Source: Malacoraja senta
Lineage: Eukaryota
Reading direction: 5' to 3'
Assembly (NCBI GenBank): GCA_038087875.1
Contig: CM075993.1
Span: 11,224,001-11,288,000, forward strand
Length of the DNA: 64,000 nucleotides
Positions 26,288 to 40,235 of the stretch are shown piece by piece; position 1 is the stretch's first letter; each line of letters opens with the position of its first letter. The notes under the pieces are model-generated. The model did no database searches and had not been told where the DNA came from. It saw only the letters and a list, made by a program, of their open reading frames with translations. A program made the position numbers and the translations under genes.

Positions 26288-27644
26288 TATTCTCACATCA
26301 TTTAAAAGACATGTGGACAGGTGCATAGATGGGAGAGATTTAGACGGATATGGGTGAAACATGCGCAAATCGGACTAGCTTGGATGGGCCAGCATGGACA
26401 ATTTGGGCTGAATGGCCTGATTGTGTGGTTACCCTTCCCTCTCCTGCCCTCCCGTACCCTAGTTGACGTGCTAGTTTCACTGTTGTCCTGTTGAGTTTCA
26501 TTGTCTGTATAACTCATTATCACCTTCCCCACTGCCAACAATGGACCATTGTGGGTTCCACCTTTCCTCGATCAGCGTTACTTTTTTCCAAATCTTTCAT
26601 TCATTTGTTCGATATCTCTCTATATCACCGACTATATCTCTAGTTTCCCTCTCCCCTGACTCTCAGACTGAAGAATGGTCTCGACCCGAAACACGTCACC
26701 CATCCCTTTTCTCCAGAGATGCTGCCTGACCCGCTGAGTTACTCCAGCTTTTTATGTCTATCTTCTGTAGAACTCTAAGTTAAGATGATAGAATTTTTAC
26801 GTTGCGTTGATCTGTAGCTAGGATCTTAAATCACAAACAAAGGCCAGGGAAGCATCAGGAGAGGGTTGGCGGTGGTTGATAAAGAAAAGAGACTGGGAAA
26901 TACATTGAAGAAAGATGCCAATGGCGAGCTTTCAAAGAAATGATGCATAAATTGCAGAAGAAAAACATATCCCTTTAAGGCACAAAAAACTCAGCAGTAA
27001 AAGTGGCTGACAGTTAAAAATAGGGATAGCATTAAATCTGAGACTGAAGCTTATAAAGATGCCAGAAACAGCAGTGGGTGTGAGGTTTGTGCATATTTTA
27101 AAACTTGGACCAGAAAATTGATAAAGAAAAACAAATTTGTATGTGACCATAAATACTTCAGACAAGTTGACCTGTTAAGGAAGCTTCTGTTAGAGACATA
27201 GATAGCATGGACAATCCAATGGTCAAATGGTTTAAGGGAGTTTTACATGTCATGGGTGAACTGCATAGTGAAATCTAACCAACAGACCTGTACGTCTTTG
27301 GAGTGTGGGAGGACACCGAAGATCTTGAAGAAACCCCATGTAGGTCACGGGGAGAACGTACAAACCCCGTACAGACAGCACCAGTAGTCTGGGTCTCCGG
27401 AGCTGTAAGGCAATGAAAGTAATTTTTGCATATTTACACACACACACACACACCATGTTTTGCCTCCATTTGCAAAATCCAAAGTCGGTCTACTTACCGG
27501 CGCGGAAACAGGCCCTTCGGCCCACCGAGTCCGCGCCGACCAGCGATCACCCCATACACTAGCACTATCCTACACACACTAGAGACAATTTACAATTTTA
27601 CCAAAGACAATTAACCTTCAAGCCTGCACGTCTATGGAATGTGG

Positions 27645-27997
27645 GAGGACTGGCCAGGCTAGATGCAGGAAAAATGTTCCCAATGTTGGGCGAGTCCAGA
27701 ACCAGGGGCCATAGTCTTAGAATAAAGAGGAGGCCATTTAAGACTGAGGTGAGAAAAAACATTTTCACCCAGAGAGTTGTGAATTTGTGCAATTCCCTGC
27801 CACAGAGGGCAGTGGAGGCCCAATCACTGGATGGATTTAAGAGACAGTTAGATAGGGGCTGGTGGAATCAAGGGATATGGGGAGAAGGCAGGCACAGGTT
27901 ATTGATTGGGGACGATCAGCCATGATCACAATGAATGGCGGTGCTGGCTCGAAGGGCCAAATGGCCTCCTCCTGCACCTATTTTCTATGTTTCTATG
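27645..27997 (+). mobile_element. CR1-clade LINE 3' end nested in an HE1-like SINE
   Basis: [18 protein letters not shown] motif; SINE sequence resumes at aaactggagcacccgg. Confidence 0.85.
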
Positions 27998-30584
27998 AAA
28001 CTGGAGCACCCGGAGTAAAACTACGTAGGTTACGGGGAGAACGTACAAACTCCGTACAGACAGCATCTCTGGAGAACGTGGCTTGGTGATGTTTTGGGTT
28101 GGGAGCATTTGATCAGACTATATATTTCATTACCAGAGGACTTGCCCTCTATGTCCATCTGAAGAAGCTGTAAGAGTATGAGATGCCTTGAGGAGATTGT
28201 GAATGTGAGTGGTCTCCAGAGCAGACTGCACTATGAATGTGGGAGGATTTAGTTGAGATACACAGTATGGAAATTGGTCCTACATCCCACCGAGTCCATG
28301 CCGACCTGAAGAAGGGTCTCGACCCGAAACGTCACCCATTGCTTCTCTCCAGAGATGCTGCCTGAGTTACTCCAGCAATTGTGTCTATTTCCGACCATTG
28401 ACGACCCCGTTCACAGTAGTTCTGTGTTATTCCACTTTCTCATCCACTCCCAACACACGAGGGAACAGTTTACAGGGTTTAATTAACCCACAAACCCGCA
28501 CGTCTTTGGTATGTTGGAGGAAACCGGAGCACCGAAGGGGGAAGGCATGCAGTCACAGGGAGAACATGCAAACTCCACACAGACAGCACCCGAGATCAGG
28601 ATCGAACTTGGGTCTCTGGCGCTGTGAGACATAGATAGAACATAGCACAGTACAGTCTTATCAACACATGTTGACTGCAGAGGCTCGCTGGCACAGCTGG
28701 TAGAGCTGCTGTCTCACAGCGCCAGAGACCCACGTTCGATCCTGATCTCGGGTGCTGTCTGTGTGGAGTTTGCATGTTCTCTGGCGCCAGCGCGACTCTG
28801 CAGTCAACATGCGTTGATAAGACTGTACTGTACTGTGCTATGTTCTATGTATGTTCTATGTTTAGGGATTCTTAGTGTAGTTTGTCATACGTGCTTTAAC
28901 ACAGCTAATGGATAAGAAGGAACTGCAGATGCTGGTTTACACCGAAGATAGACACAAATAGCGGGAGTAACTCAGCGGGACAGGCAGCATCTCTGGAGAG
29001 AAGGAATGAGGCTCTTCTTCAGACTGGGAATCAGGGAGAGGGAGTCTAGAGATATGGAAGGGTAAGGTGGGTGTCCTGTTAGGCCAATAGTTGGCTCGGG
29101 AAGCTATGACCTCAAGAGGGCTACGCGATAGCCTCAAGAATAATGGTGTTGGCCATTTAGGACTGAGATGAGGAAAAACGTTTTTCTCCCAGAGAGTTGT
29201 GAATCTGTGGAATTCTCCGCCACAGAAGACAGTGGAGGCCAATTCACTGGATGTTTTCAAGGGAGAGTTAGATATTTACCCACCAGGGGCACCGTGTGAT
29301 TGGCAGCACCGCCAACAGTCTGTCTGTTTTTTCGCCTTATTTTGTTATTTTTAATGCGTTTAAAAAGTTTGTGTAAATGTTCTGCAGTTTGTTCTATGTG
29401 GGGGGAGGGGAGAAGGTCGGGAGAAACTTTATTTCAATCTCAACTTGCCGGAGATGCAATTGGTTTTCAGGTCGTCTCTGCGGCGTAACATCATGGAGCT
29501 GGAGGCCTCCTCGGACTAACTTTGAGCCCCTCCGCAGGGCGTGGACTTACATCGGAGCCCATTCCTTGCCTGGGATCGCTCCTGCGGATTTCACAACGAG
29601 ATCTCGTAGACTCAGGAGAGGCTGAGTTGGGAGCTCCAACGACACAGAAGGTTCGACCCCAGCCCTGACCCGGGGCCCGATCACTCTGCGTGGGGTAGCT
29701 GACATGCAGGAGCTTGATCGCCCCGATGCGGAGGGCCCAAACGCAGCCGGATACGGGAGCCAAGATCGTCCCGTCAACGGCGGGCTCGAGGCCTCCGACC
29801 GTGGGAGAGCAAAGAAGGGAAGTGATGTGCCTTCCATCACAGAGAGGAATGTGGAGGAGTCACTGTGGTGGATGTTTATGTTAAAATGTGTTTTGGATTT
29901 TGTTGCTTTTTATTTGTATGACTGACTTGGCAAATGAAATTCCTCGTATGTTGCAAAACATACTTGGCTAATAAAGTATTATCGTATTGTTTATAGCTCT
30001 TAGGGCTAATGGAATCAAGGGATATGGGGGAAAAGCAGGAACGGGGTACTGATTTTGGATGATCAGCCATGATCATATTGAATGGCGGTGCTGGCTCAGG
30101 GCCGAATGGCCTACTCCTGCACCTATTGTCTATGTTTCAATGTTTCTCTGATGAACTGTAGAACTGGATAAACGACTAGGGTGGAGGAATGGGCAAGGGG
30201 GGAGGGGACAGAGTTTTCGCAGAAGTTATTTAAAATTAGAGAGTTCAACATTCATATTGCTGGGTTGTGAGGTGCTGTTTCTCCAATGGTCCCTGGATAC
30301 ACCGACTGTGTGTTAGCAGGGAGCGTTTTGACGAGTCTGTGGAATTCTCTGCCTCAGAGGGCGGTGGAGGCCGGTTCTCTGGATGCTTTCAAGAGAGAGC
30401 TAGATAGGGCTCTTAAAAATAGCGGAGTCAGGGGGATATGGGGAGAAGGCAGGAACGGGGTACTGATTGGGGATGATCAGCCATGATCACTTTGAATGGC
30501 GGTGCTGGCTCGAAGGGATAATGGCCTACTCCTGCACCTATTGTCTATTGTCTATTGACTCCGTGACTAACTCTTGACTGCAGC

Positions 30585-30897
30585 TTAGTTTAGTTTAGTT
30601 TAGAGATACAGAGCGGAAACAGGCCCTTCGGCCCACCGACCCGCGATTACCCCGTACACTAGCACTATCCTACACACACTAGGGACAATTCACAATCTTT
30701 ACTGAAGCTAATTAACCGATAAACCTGTAGGGATAAATCTTTGGAGTGTGGGAGGAAACCGGAGCACCCGGAGAAAACCCACGTGGGTCACAGGGGGAAC
30801 GTACAAACTCCGTACAGACAGCACCGGTAGCCGGGATGGAACCCGGGTCTCTGGCGCTGTCAGGCAGCAACTCTACCGCTGCGCCACCGTGCTGCCC
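30585..30897 (-). mobile_element. HE1-like V-SINE
   Basis: (TTTAG)n tail, V-like core and tRNA-like head. Confidence 0.85.
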
Positions 30898-33656
30898 TCA
30901 GTTATTTGGATGCTGATCGAAGGAGGTGCTTCATCCGTGTGAATGAGTGTCATCGAGGTACGTTAATACTGAAGGTCGAGTGTCAATGACTGGGGATTCC
31001 TTTCATCTGCAGGGTATTGACACGGTGAATGTGAGCTGTCAGTGGGCGTTTTGAGTCTGTCGACGTGGTCTATTGTGACACTGAGGTTGTTTAGTCACCA
31101 TGAGTGTTTGACCCTGTGGATATGTGATGACAGTGGGGTGTTTTGATGTGAAAATGCGTGTTGAGCCACTGTCAGAGTACATTAATGGGGAACGCCTTGA
31201 CTGTGACACAGTGTGTTGTCAGGGCCTCCGAAACTGTGAACGCATCTTGTCAGGGGGGATGCAAGCAGAAGCCTCCACGTGGCGCATCCCGGGCAATGCT
31301 GACGACAGAAACTGTACCACAGTGACTGACTGAAGTAGCCAATTCTGCAACCAACCGTCACTGACCGACCGGAAAGACGTGATATGGAAGATGGCCGGAC
31401 ACGAGGAAGAAGATCTTGTCAGGGGAGGTTCCCATGTGTGACTGTGCGCAGTCAGGAACGTGTGTTGGAAAATTAGCTTTCTCTTTAGAGATGCAGTGTG
31501 GAAACAGGCCCTTCGGCCCACCTAGTCCACGCCGACCAGCGAACACCAACACCATCCTACACACTAGGGATGATTTACAATTTTTCCAGAAACCAATTCA
31601 TCTACACACCTGAAGATAGACACAACGTTCTGCAGTAACTTAGCGGGCCGGGCAACATCTCTGGAGAAAAAGGATGGGTGATGTTTTGGATCAGAACCCT
31701 TCTTCACACTATTACTTCAATCTGAAGAAGGGTTCCAACACAAAACATCACCCATTCTTTTTCTGCAGAGATGCTACCTGACCCTCTGAGTTGCTCCAGC
31801 ACTTTGTGTCTATCTTTGGTATAAACCAGCATCTGCAGTTTCTTTCTGCACAAAACTTACAGACTTGTACATATTTGGAGTGTGGGAGGAAACCGGAGCA
31901 CCCGGAGGAAACCCACGCAGGTCACGGGGAGAACGTACAAACACCATACAGACAGCACCCGGAGTCAGGATTGAACCTGGGTCTGTGGTGCCGTGAGGCA
32001 GCAACTCTACCGCTGCACTACTGTGGCGCCCAGTGTTGGTTTGAAGCTGGGACTCTGAGATATTTACTGACAAGTGGTGTCAGTCACGAGATACTTTGTC
32101 ACTGTGAATATGCAGTGATTTGATACTGAGGTTGTACATTGTCAGAGATAGTTTTGAACACAAAGTTAAATTGTCATGCAGTGTTGTGACATAGTGACTG
32201 TGTGTGACAGGGCATCCCTCGCCATTGACTCCATTTACACCTCACGCTGCCTCGGCAAGGCCAGCAGCATAATCAAGGACCAGTCGCACCCTGGCCACTC
32301 CCTCTTCCCCCCTCTCCCATCAGGCAAAATGTACAGAGGTGTGAAAACGCAGACCTCCAGATTCAGGGACAGTTTCTTCCCAGCTGTTATCAGGCAACTG
32401 AATCATCCTACCACAACCAGAGAGCAGTCCTGAACTACTATCTGTTCAAGAAGGAACTGCAGATGCTGGAAAATCGAAGGTAGACAAAAATGCTGGAGAA
32501 ACTCAGCGGGTGCGGCAGCATCTATGGAGCGAAGGAAATAGGTGACGTTTTCAGGCCGAAACCCTTCTTCAGACTATTCTGTTGATTCCCCCACTGCCAC
32601 CACCACAACACCACTCACGCAGTTCCCCTCTTTACCCTCCAGAATCTGCAGCCTTTTGATCTCCACATTATTCCACTCTCCCTATCTCTGCCCTAACCAC
32701 TCCTGAACCAGGGGCCACAGTTTAAGAATAAGGGGTAAGCCATTTAGAACGGAGACGAGGAAACACCTTTTCTCACAGAGAGTGGTGAGTCTGTGGAATT
32801 CTCTGCCTCAGAGGGCGGTGGAGGCAGGTTCTCTGGATGCTTTCAAGAGAGAGCTGGATAGGGCTCTTAAAAATAGCGGAGTCAGGGGATATGGGGAGAA
32901 GGCAGGAACGGGGTACTGATTGGGGATGATCAGCCATGATCACATTGAATGGCGGTGTTGGCTCGAAGGGCCGAATGGCCTACTCCTGCACCTAATGTCT
33001 ATTGTCTATTGTCTATTGTCTATTGTCTATTGTCTATTGAAGAAGGGTCTCGATCCGAAACGTCACCCAGTCCTTCTCTCCAGAGATGCTGCCTGTCCCA
33101 TTGGGTTACTCCAGCATTTTGTGTCTTTCTTTGGTTTAAACCGGCATCTGCAGTTCCTTCCAACAACATTTCCCAGCCTTTGTGCTCTCCGCCTCTTTAG
33201 ACAAAGCCCAGAATTACATATGCCTCATTAGCCTGTTTTTCAACCTTCTATGCCACGTTCAATAACTTGGTAAATCAACCATCTGTTCTGCCCGGTTTGA
33301 TGACTACTGCAGATGCTAGTTTCTATCAAAGATCAACATAAAGTGCAGTGTAATTCAATGCGCCAGGCAGTATCTCGGGCAGTAAAAGGATGGGTGATAT
33401 TTTGGAGGAGGTGTCCCAACCCAAAATGTTTATTTTAGTTTAGTTTAGTTTGGAGATACAGCGCGGAATCAGGCATTTCGATCCACCGGAATCCATGCCG
33501 ACCAGCGATCCCCGTACACGAACGCTATTCCTACACACTAGCGGCAATTTACAATTTTTACCGAATCCAATTAACCCACAAAACCCACATGTCTTAGGAT
33601 TGTCTAAGAATGAACAAAGACAGTTAGAAGAACTTATTAGACAAATGGATATAGAT

Positions 33657-33856
33657 NNNNNNNNNNNNNNNNNNNNNNNNNNNNNNNNNNNNNNNNNNNN
33701 NNNNNNNNNNNNNNNNNNNNNNNNNNNNNNNNNNNNNNNNNNNNNNNNNNNNNNNNNNNNNNNNNNNNNNNNNNNNNNNNNNNNNNNNNNNNNNNNNNNN
33801 NNNNNNNNNNNNNNNNNNNNNNNNNNNNNNNNNNNNNNNNNNNNNNNNNNNNNNNN
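33657..33856. other. Assembly gap (200 N)
   Basis: Run of N; the round size suggests a placeholder scaffold gap. Confidence 1.
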
Positions 33857-34129
33857 CTAAATCTAACTCTCTCTTGAAAACATCCAGTGAATTGGCCTCC
33901 ACTGCTTTCTGAGAAAGAGAATTCCGTACAGACAGCACCCGTCGTCAGGATCGAACCGGTGTCCCTGGCGCTGTGAGGCAGCAACTGTACCGCTGTGCCA
34001 CCGTGCCTCCCGCGTTTGAGTTTTGAATATTGAGGTTTATTTTATTTATTGAACATTTACTTTGTTGTGTACTGTGTTTACAGACCTGTTATGGCACTGC
34101 AAGCGAGAATTTCATTGTTCCATTTCAGT

Positions 34130-34697
34130 ATAGGTGCAGAATAAGGCCATTCGGCCCTTCGAGCCAGCACCACCATTCATTGTGATCATGGCTAATCGTC
34201 CCCAATCAATAACCCGTGCCTGCCTTCTCCCCATATCCCTTGATACCACTAGCCCCTAGAGCTCTATCTAACTCTCTCTTAAATCCATCCAGTGTCTTGG
34301 CCTCCACTGCCCTCTGTAGCAGGGAATTCCATAAATTCACAACTCTCTGGGTGAAAACGTTTTTTCTCACCTCAGTCTTAAATGACCTCCCCTTTATTCT
34401 AAGACTGTGGCCCCTGGTTCTGGACTCGCCCAACATTGGGAACATTTTTCCTGCATCTAGCTTTATAATTTTATATGTTTCTATAAGATTCCCCCTCATC
34501 CTTCTAAACTCCAGTGAATACAAGCCTAGTCTTTTCAATCTTTCCTCATATGACAGTCCCACCATCCCAGGGATCAATCTCGTGAACCTACGCTGCACTG
34601 CCTCAATCACAAGGATGTCCTTCCTCAAATTAGGAGCCCAAAACTGTACACAATACTCCAGATGTGGTCTCACCAGAGCCCTGCACAACTGCAGAAG
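34130..34697 (-). mobile_element. CR1-clade LINE 3' end
   Basis: ORF 34206-34709 matches the CR1 ORF2 C-terminus. Confidence 0.9.
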
Positions 34698-34755
34698 TAT
34701 GTGTGACAATTTAACACTATGACTTACGCATGATCTCTCTCTGTTTTTTCAACAG

Positions 34756-34885
34756 CATGTCCCAGTTTACGTGCTGCCAAAGTTGGAGTATCAACCCATG
34801 TATGGGATAGAAGCCCTCACTGAGAGTGAAATCTGTCAGTTATGGACTGAAAGTCTCATCAATTCAAATTCCTGGTTTTATATCG
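34756..34885 (+). CDS. Candidate internal coding exon A of an unidentified host gene (HVPVYVLPKLEYQPMYGIEALTESEICQLWTESLINSNSWFYI)
   Basis: Strong acceptor tctctctctgttttttcaacag and donor G|GTGAGT; 130 nt of non-repeat sequence; only one of three frames is open; ends in phase 1. Confidence 0.75.
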
Positions 34886-35112
34886 GTGAGTCCCATTTGC
34901 ATTAACTCATATAAAATTCTTAAAGGATTGGACAGGCTAGATGCAGGAAAGATGTTCCTGATGTTGGAGGAGTCCAGAACCAGTGGTTTGTGTAGGTAGA
35001 TATAAACAGCTGGAGTAACTCAACGGGTCAGACAGCATCTCTGGAGAAAAAGGAATAAGTGTTTCGGCAAAATGCTTTTCGATTCATTGTGGTTGCAAAC
35101 GAGGTAGGGCAA

Positions 35113-35139
35113 ACACACACACACACACACACACACGCA

Positions 35140-35177
<38 letters not shown>

Positions 35178-35601
35178 GACACAGACACAGACACACACAC
35201 ACACACACACACACACGCAGACACAGACACAGACACACACACACACACACACACACACGCAGACACAGACACAGACACACACACACACACACAGACACAC
35301 AGACACACACACAAACACACAGACACAGACACACACACACACACGCAGACACACACACACAGACACACACAAACACACAGACACACACACACACACACAC
35401 ACACACAGACGCACACACAAACACACAGACACACACACACAGACACACACAAACACACAGACACAGACACACACACACGCAGACACACACACACACAGAA
35501 ACACACAAACACACACACACACACACACACACAGACGCACACACAGACACACACACATACACAGACACACACAGACACACTCTCACACACACACACACAC
35601 A

Positions 35602-35664
<63 letters not shown>

Positions 35665-35727
35665 ACACACACACACACACTCAGACACACACACACACAC
35701 ACAGACACACACAGACACACACACACA

Positions 35728-35772
<45 letters not shown>

Positions 35773-35804
35773 ACACACACACACACACACAGACACAGAC
35801 ACAG

Positions 35805-35838
<34 letters not shown>

Positions 35839-35900
35839 ACACACACACACACAGACACACACACGCAGACACACACACACACACAGACACACACACGCAG

Positions 35901-35932
<32 letters not shown>

Positions 35933-36103
35933 ACACACACACACAGACACACACAGACACACTCTCACACACACACACACACACAGACACACACACACAC
36001 ACACACAGACACACACAGACACACACACACACACACACTCAGACACACACACACACACACACAGACACACACACACACACACACACACAGACACACACAC
36101 ACA

Positions 36104-36144
<41 letters not shown>

Positions 36145-36165
36145 AGACACACACACACACACACA

Positions 36166-36208
<43 letters not shown>

Positions 36209-36232
36209 ACACACACAGACACACACACACAC
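35113..36232. repeat. ~1.1 kb compound (CA)n/(CAGA) microsatellite
   Basis: Directly visible. Confidence 0.98.
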
Positions 36233-36239
36233 AATGCTA

Positions 36240-36804
36240 TGTACGTAGCGGGTACGTCGGAGCTCGTGGATGTCACAATAGACAATAGGTGCAGGAGTAG
36301 GCCATTCGGCCCTTCGAGCCAGCACCGCCATTCAATGTGATCATGGCTGATCATCCCCAATCAGTACCCCATTCCTGTCTTCTCCCCATATCCCCTGACT
36401 CTGCAATTTTTAAGAGCCCTATCTAGCTCTCTCTTGAAAGCATCCAGAGAACCTGCCTCCACCGCCCTCTGAGGCAGAGAATTCCACAGACTCCCAACTC
36501 TCTGGTAAAAAAAAGTGTTTCCTCGTCTCCGTTCTAAATGGCTTACCACTTATTCTTAAACTGTGGCCCCTGGTTCCTGGTCTCCCCCAACATCGGGAAC
36601 ATGTTTCCTGCCCAACATGTCTCGTAGCGGATGGTAATGCCAACGGCAGGTACTCGGGAAATGCGGAAACTCGGGAAATTTTTCAACAGTGTGAAAAATT
36701 TCCAAGAGTAAAAAAAATACTCGTGATGAGGTACCACGAGTTTGAATTATTTTTTTTTACTCGGGAGATGCTCTTGGGTGAACTGGCATCGTGGGACAGG
36801 CCCT
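36240..36804. mobile_element. Harbinger-like MITE remnant (related to the 51579 copy) interrupted by a CR1 3' end (~36275-36615)
   Basis: acgtagcgggtacgtcggagctcg shared with ~51637-51660; right end gtgggacaggccct; atgtc duplicated around the CR1 insert. Confidence 0.7.
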
Positions 36805-36892
36805 TTACTGGTCATCACTGAGACCTGTTCTCCCTCAGCGTTTAATGTTGCTTGTACTAACTGCTGTCGCGACTCCATGACCACTTGTCACA

Positions 36893-37495
36893 CAGAAACA
36901 TGGAAACATAGAAAATAGGTGCAGGAGGAGGCCATTCGGCCCTTCGAGCCAGCACCGCCATTCATTGTGATCATGGCTGATCGTCCCCTATCAATAACCC
37001 GTGCCTGCCTTCTCCCCATATCCCTTGACTCCACTAACCCCTAGAGCTCTATCTAACTCTCTCTTAAATCCATCCAGTGACTTGGCCTCCACTGCCCTCT
37101 GTGGCAGGGAATTCCACAAATTCACAACTCTCTGGGTGAAAACGTTTTTCTCACCTCAGTCTTAAATGACCTCCCCTTTATTCTAAGACGGTGGCCCCTG
37201 GTTCTGGACTCGCCCAACATTGGGAACATTTTTCCTGCATCTAGCTTGTGTAGTCCTTTTATAATTTTATATGTTTCTATAAGATCCCCCCCTCATCCTT
37301 CTAAACTCCAGTGAATACAAGCCTTGTCTTTTCAATCTTTCCTCATATGACAGTCCCGCCATCCCAGGGATCAATCTCGTGAACCTACGCTGCACTGCCT
37401 CAATCACAAGGATGTCCTTCCTCAAATTAGGAGACTAAAACTGTACACAATACTCCAGATGTGGTCTCACCAGAGCCCTATACAACTGCAGAAGA
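36893..37495 (-). mobile_element. CR1-clade LINE 3' end
   Basis: Close match to the 34130 and 42970 copies. Confidence 0.9.
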
Positions 37496-38879
37496 AGCAG
37501 TGTCACGCAGCAGACAAGAGTCAAGAGTAGACACAAAGTGCTGGACAGCGGGACAGGCAGCATCTCTGGAGAGAAGGAATGGGTGACGTTTCGGGTTGAG
37601 ACCCTTCTTCAGACTCAGCGTTCCCTCCCTGTTTTTATATTCCAGGCCTCTAGGGTGATTGGGGTGAGTGGTCTGGTCAAGGGGCTGGTCTGGTTGGGGC
37701 AGCTTTGTGAATGGGTGGTGGAGTTGGGAGCTTCGGAACGCCAGTAGGCCACTGGTCTGGACAGCCACGGCCACAGGTCGGGTCAGGTCAGGTCCGTGAG
37801 TCGGGAGGGAGGTGAGTCGTTCCTCGTCGAAGGAAGATCGCCAGACTTAAGCCACCATGATCCATAACCCTGGCAGTCTTAGAAAAAGATGTAAAGCGAC
37901 AGGGAGGCGAACGCGAGACCATAGCCCACACCTGCTTGTGAAAGAGGTCCGAAGATAGACTCAAAATGCTGGAGTAACTCAGCGGGACAGGCAGCGTCTC
38001 GGGAGAGAAGGAATGGATGACGTTTCGGGGAGAGGTAAACCAGAGGTATTTAAAGGTACAATGAATGAAAGGTATGCAAAAGGACAAAAATCACAGCATG
38101 CAACGATGAGCAGGGAAATGTGGAGCCCACAATGGTGCATTGTTGGCTGCGGAGAAGGTGATAACGGGTGATACAAACAGTGAAACTAAGCAGGAGGACA
38201 GTGAAACTAGTATGATGACTGGGGTGGGGGAGGGACAGGGGATGCAAGTGTTACTTAAAGTTGGAGATATAGCGCTGGGATGTGAGCTGCCCAAGCGAAA
38301 TATGAGGTGTGAAGTTGACTCCATAACCATCAAGAACGACTCATAATGGAATCATGTCTGCCAGCTTCTATCACTGGCTAGATAACACATCGAGGGTAAC
38401 TGTTGTAATCTAATCCTGTGCTCAAATAGTCTATTTGCTTTTTTGAATTAGTATAGATATTTACTGCAGAGCAAGGAATTCTCTTTATACTGGATAGAGT
38501 GGATGTGGAGAGGATGTTTCCACTGGTGGGAGAGTCTAGGACCAGAGGGCACAGCCTCAGAATTGAAGGATGTCCCTTTAGGAAGGAGATGAGGAGGAAT
38601 TGATTTAGTCAGAGGATGGTGAATCTGTGGAATTTATTGGTACAAAAGGCTGTGTAGGCCGTCAATGCTTATTTTAAGGCAGAGATAGTAGATTCTTGAT
38701 TACTAAAGGTGTCAGGGGTTATGGGGAGAAGGCAGGAGAATGGGGTTGAGAAGGAAAGATAGATCAGCCATGATTGAATGGTGGAATAGACTTGATGGGT
38801 TGAATGGCCTAATCCTGCTCCTATCACTTATGAACTTTGGCCTGTGGTGAACAAAGTGCAGGTTGAAGACCATTAGACC

Positions 38880-38935
38880 AGTCTGAAGAAGGGTCTCGAC
38901 CCGAAACGTCACCCATTCCTTCTCTCCAGAGATGC
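38880..38935 (+). ncRNA. Minimal type I hammerhead-ribozyme-like motif (representative intact copy)
   Basis: CUGAAGA-A-GGGU-CUCG-ACCC-GAAAC-GUC: both conserved core boxes, a 4-5 bp stem II and a GUC cleavage triplet; helix I is weak. Confidence 0.6.
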
Positions 38936-39144
38936 TGCCTGTCCCACTGAGTTACTCCAGCTTTCTGTGTCTGTCTCCGGTTTAAACCAGCATCTGCAGT
39001 TCCTTCTACACATGAGATAAACCAGCAGAATTAGGCCATTTGGCCCATCGAGTCTGTTCTGCCATTGGTGATCAATTTTTCCCTCTCAACCCCATTCTCT
39101 TGCCCTTTCCGCGTAACCTTTGACACCCTTACTAATCACTGAAC

Positions 39145-39555
39145 GCTCTGGAGTTTAGAAGGATGAGAGGGAATCTCATTGAAACATATAAGATTGTTAA
39201 GGGCTTGGACACACGAGAGGCAGGAAACATGTTCCCAATGTTGGGGGAGTCCAGAACCAGGGGCCACAGTTTAAGAATAAGGAGTAAGCCATTTAGAACG
39301 GAGACGAGGAAACACTTTTTCTCACAGAGTGGTGAGTCTGTGGAATTCTCTGCCTCAGAGGGCGGTGGAGGCAGGTTCTCTGGATGCTTTCAAGAGAGAG
39401 CTAGATAGGGCTCTTAAAAATAGCGGAGTCAGGGGATATGGGGAGGCAGGAACCGGGTACTGATTGGGGATGATCAGCCATGATCACATTGAATGGTGGT
39501 GCTGGCTCGAAGGGCCGAATGGCCTACTCCTGCACCTATTGTCTATTGTCTATTG
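39145..39555 (+). mobile_element. CR1-clade LINE 3' end
   Basis: ORF 39163-39408 motif and (TCTATTG)n tail. Confidence 0.88.
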
Positions 39556-40235
39556 AACGTATTGGGTTGTGCCTTACAATAATGAACCCTTTTGTTCTGT
39601 ACTTTGTGGAACAAGAATCATGTCTTTGGTTTAAGTGTTGTTTTGTTCAACGAACATGTCCAAGACAAACATTAACCAGTGTTTGTTTGTTTGGTTGGTG
39701 ATAATACTAGTTGGAATGACATGGTTCAAGTTACCTGCTGGAACATATTCAAGCCTAAAATAAATAAATAACAAAGCAGAGAAAAAATCTGCACTGTGGC
39801 TTTTTATGCTGTTACACTGTATTCTGCCCTCTGGTATTTTTCTCTTTGCTCCACCTGTTATAATAGTGCTAGACTTTGTTGTACTCCTGTATGGAATTAT
39901 TCAATTGCATACCATGATGCTAACAATGCTTTTCACTGCATCTCAGTGCATGTGACAATACTAAGTAAGTAAGTTTATTGGCCAAGTATTCACATACAAG
40001 GAATTTGCTTTGGTGCTCCGTCCACAAGTAACAACATGACATACAGTGACAGTTACGAATGACTCAGAAAACACTAAACATTAATAATAATAAAACATTA
40101 ATGATAAAACACCATTGATCAAGCATGTGAACCAACAAAATACCAGATCAAAGGGAGGCTACAGATTTTTGGCTGTTGAGTAGAGCAACTACTCGTGGAT
40201 AAAAACAGTTTTTATGTCTGGCTGTGGCGGCGTTG

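Noticed and set aside
26850..27250. A-rich, coding-like stretch
   Set aside because: Reads as a decayed internal CR1 ORF2 segment with frameshifts, not a host exon
35020..36360. Long ORFs of 300-400 aa rich in CV or HT
   Set aside because: Translations of the CA/TG microsatellite; the same applies to 13879-14868
37646..37663. 18-nt micro-exon (tttatattccag|gcctctagggtgattggg|gtgagt)
   Set aside because: Introduces a TAG in the frame linking exons A and B; no other support, although a poison exon cannot be excluded
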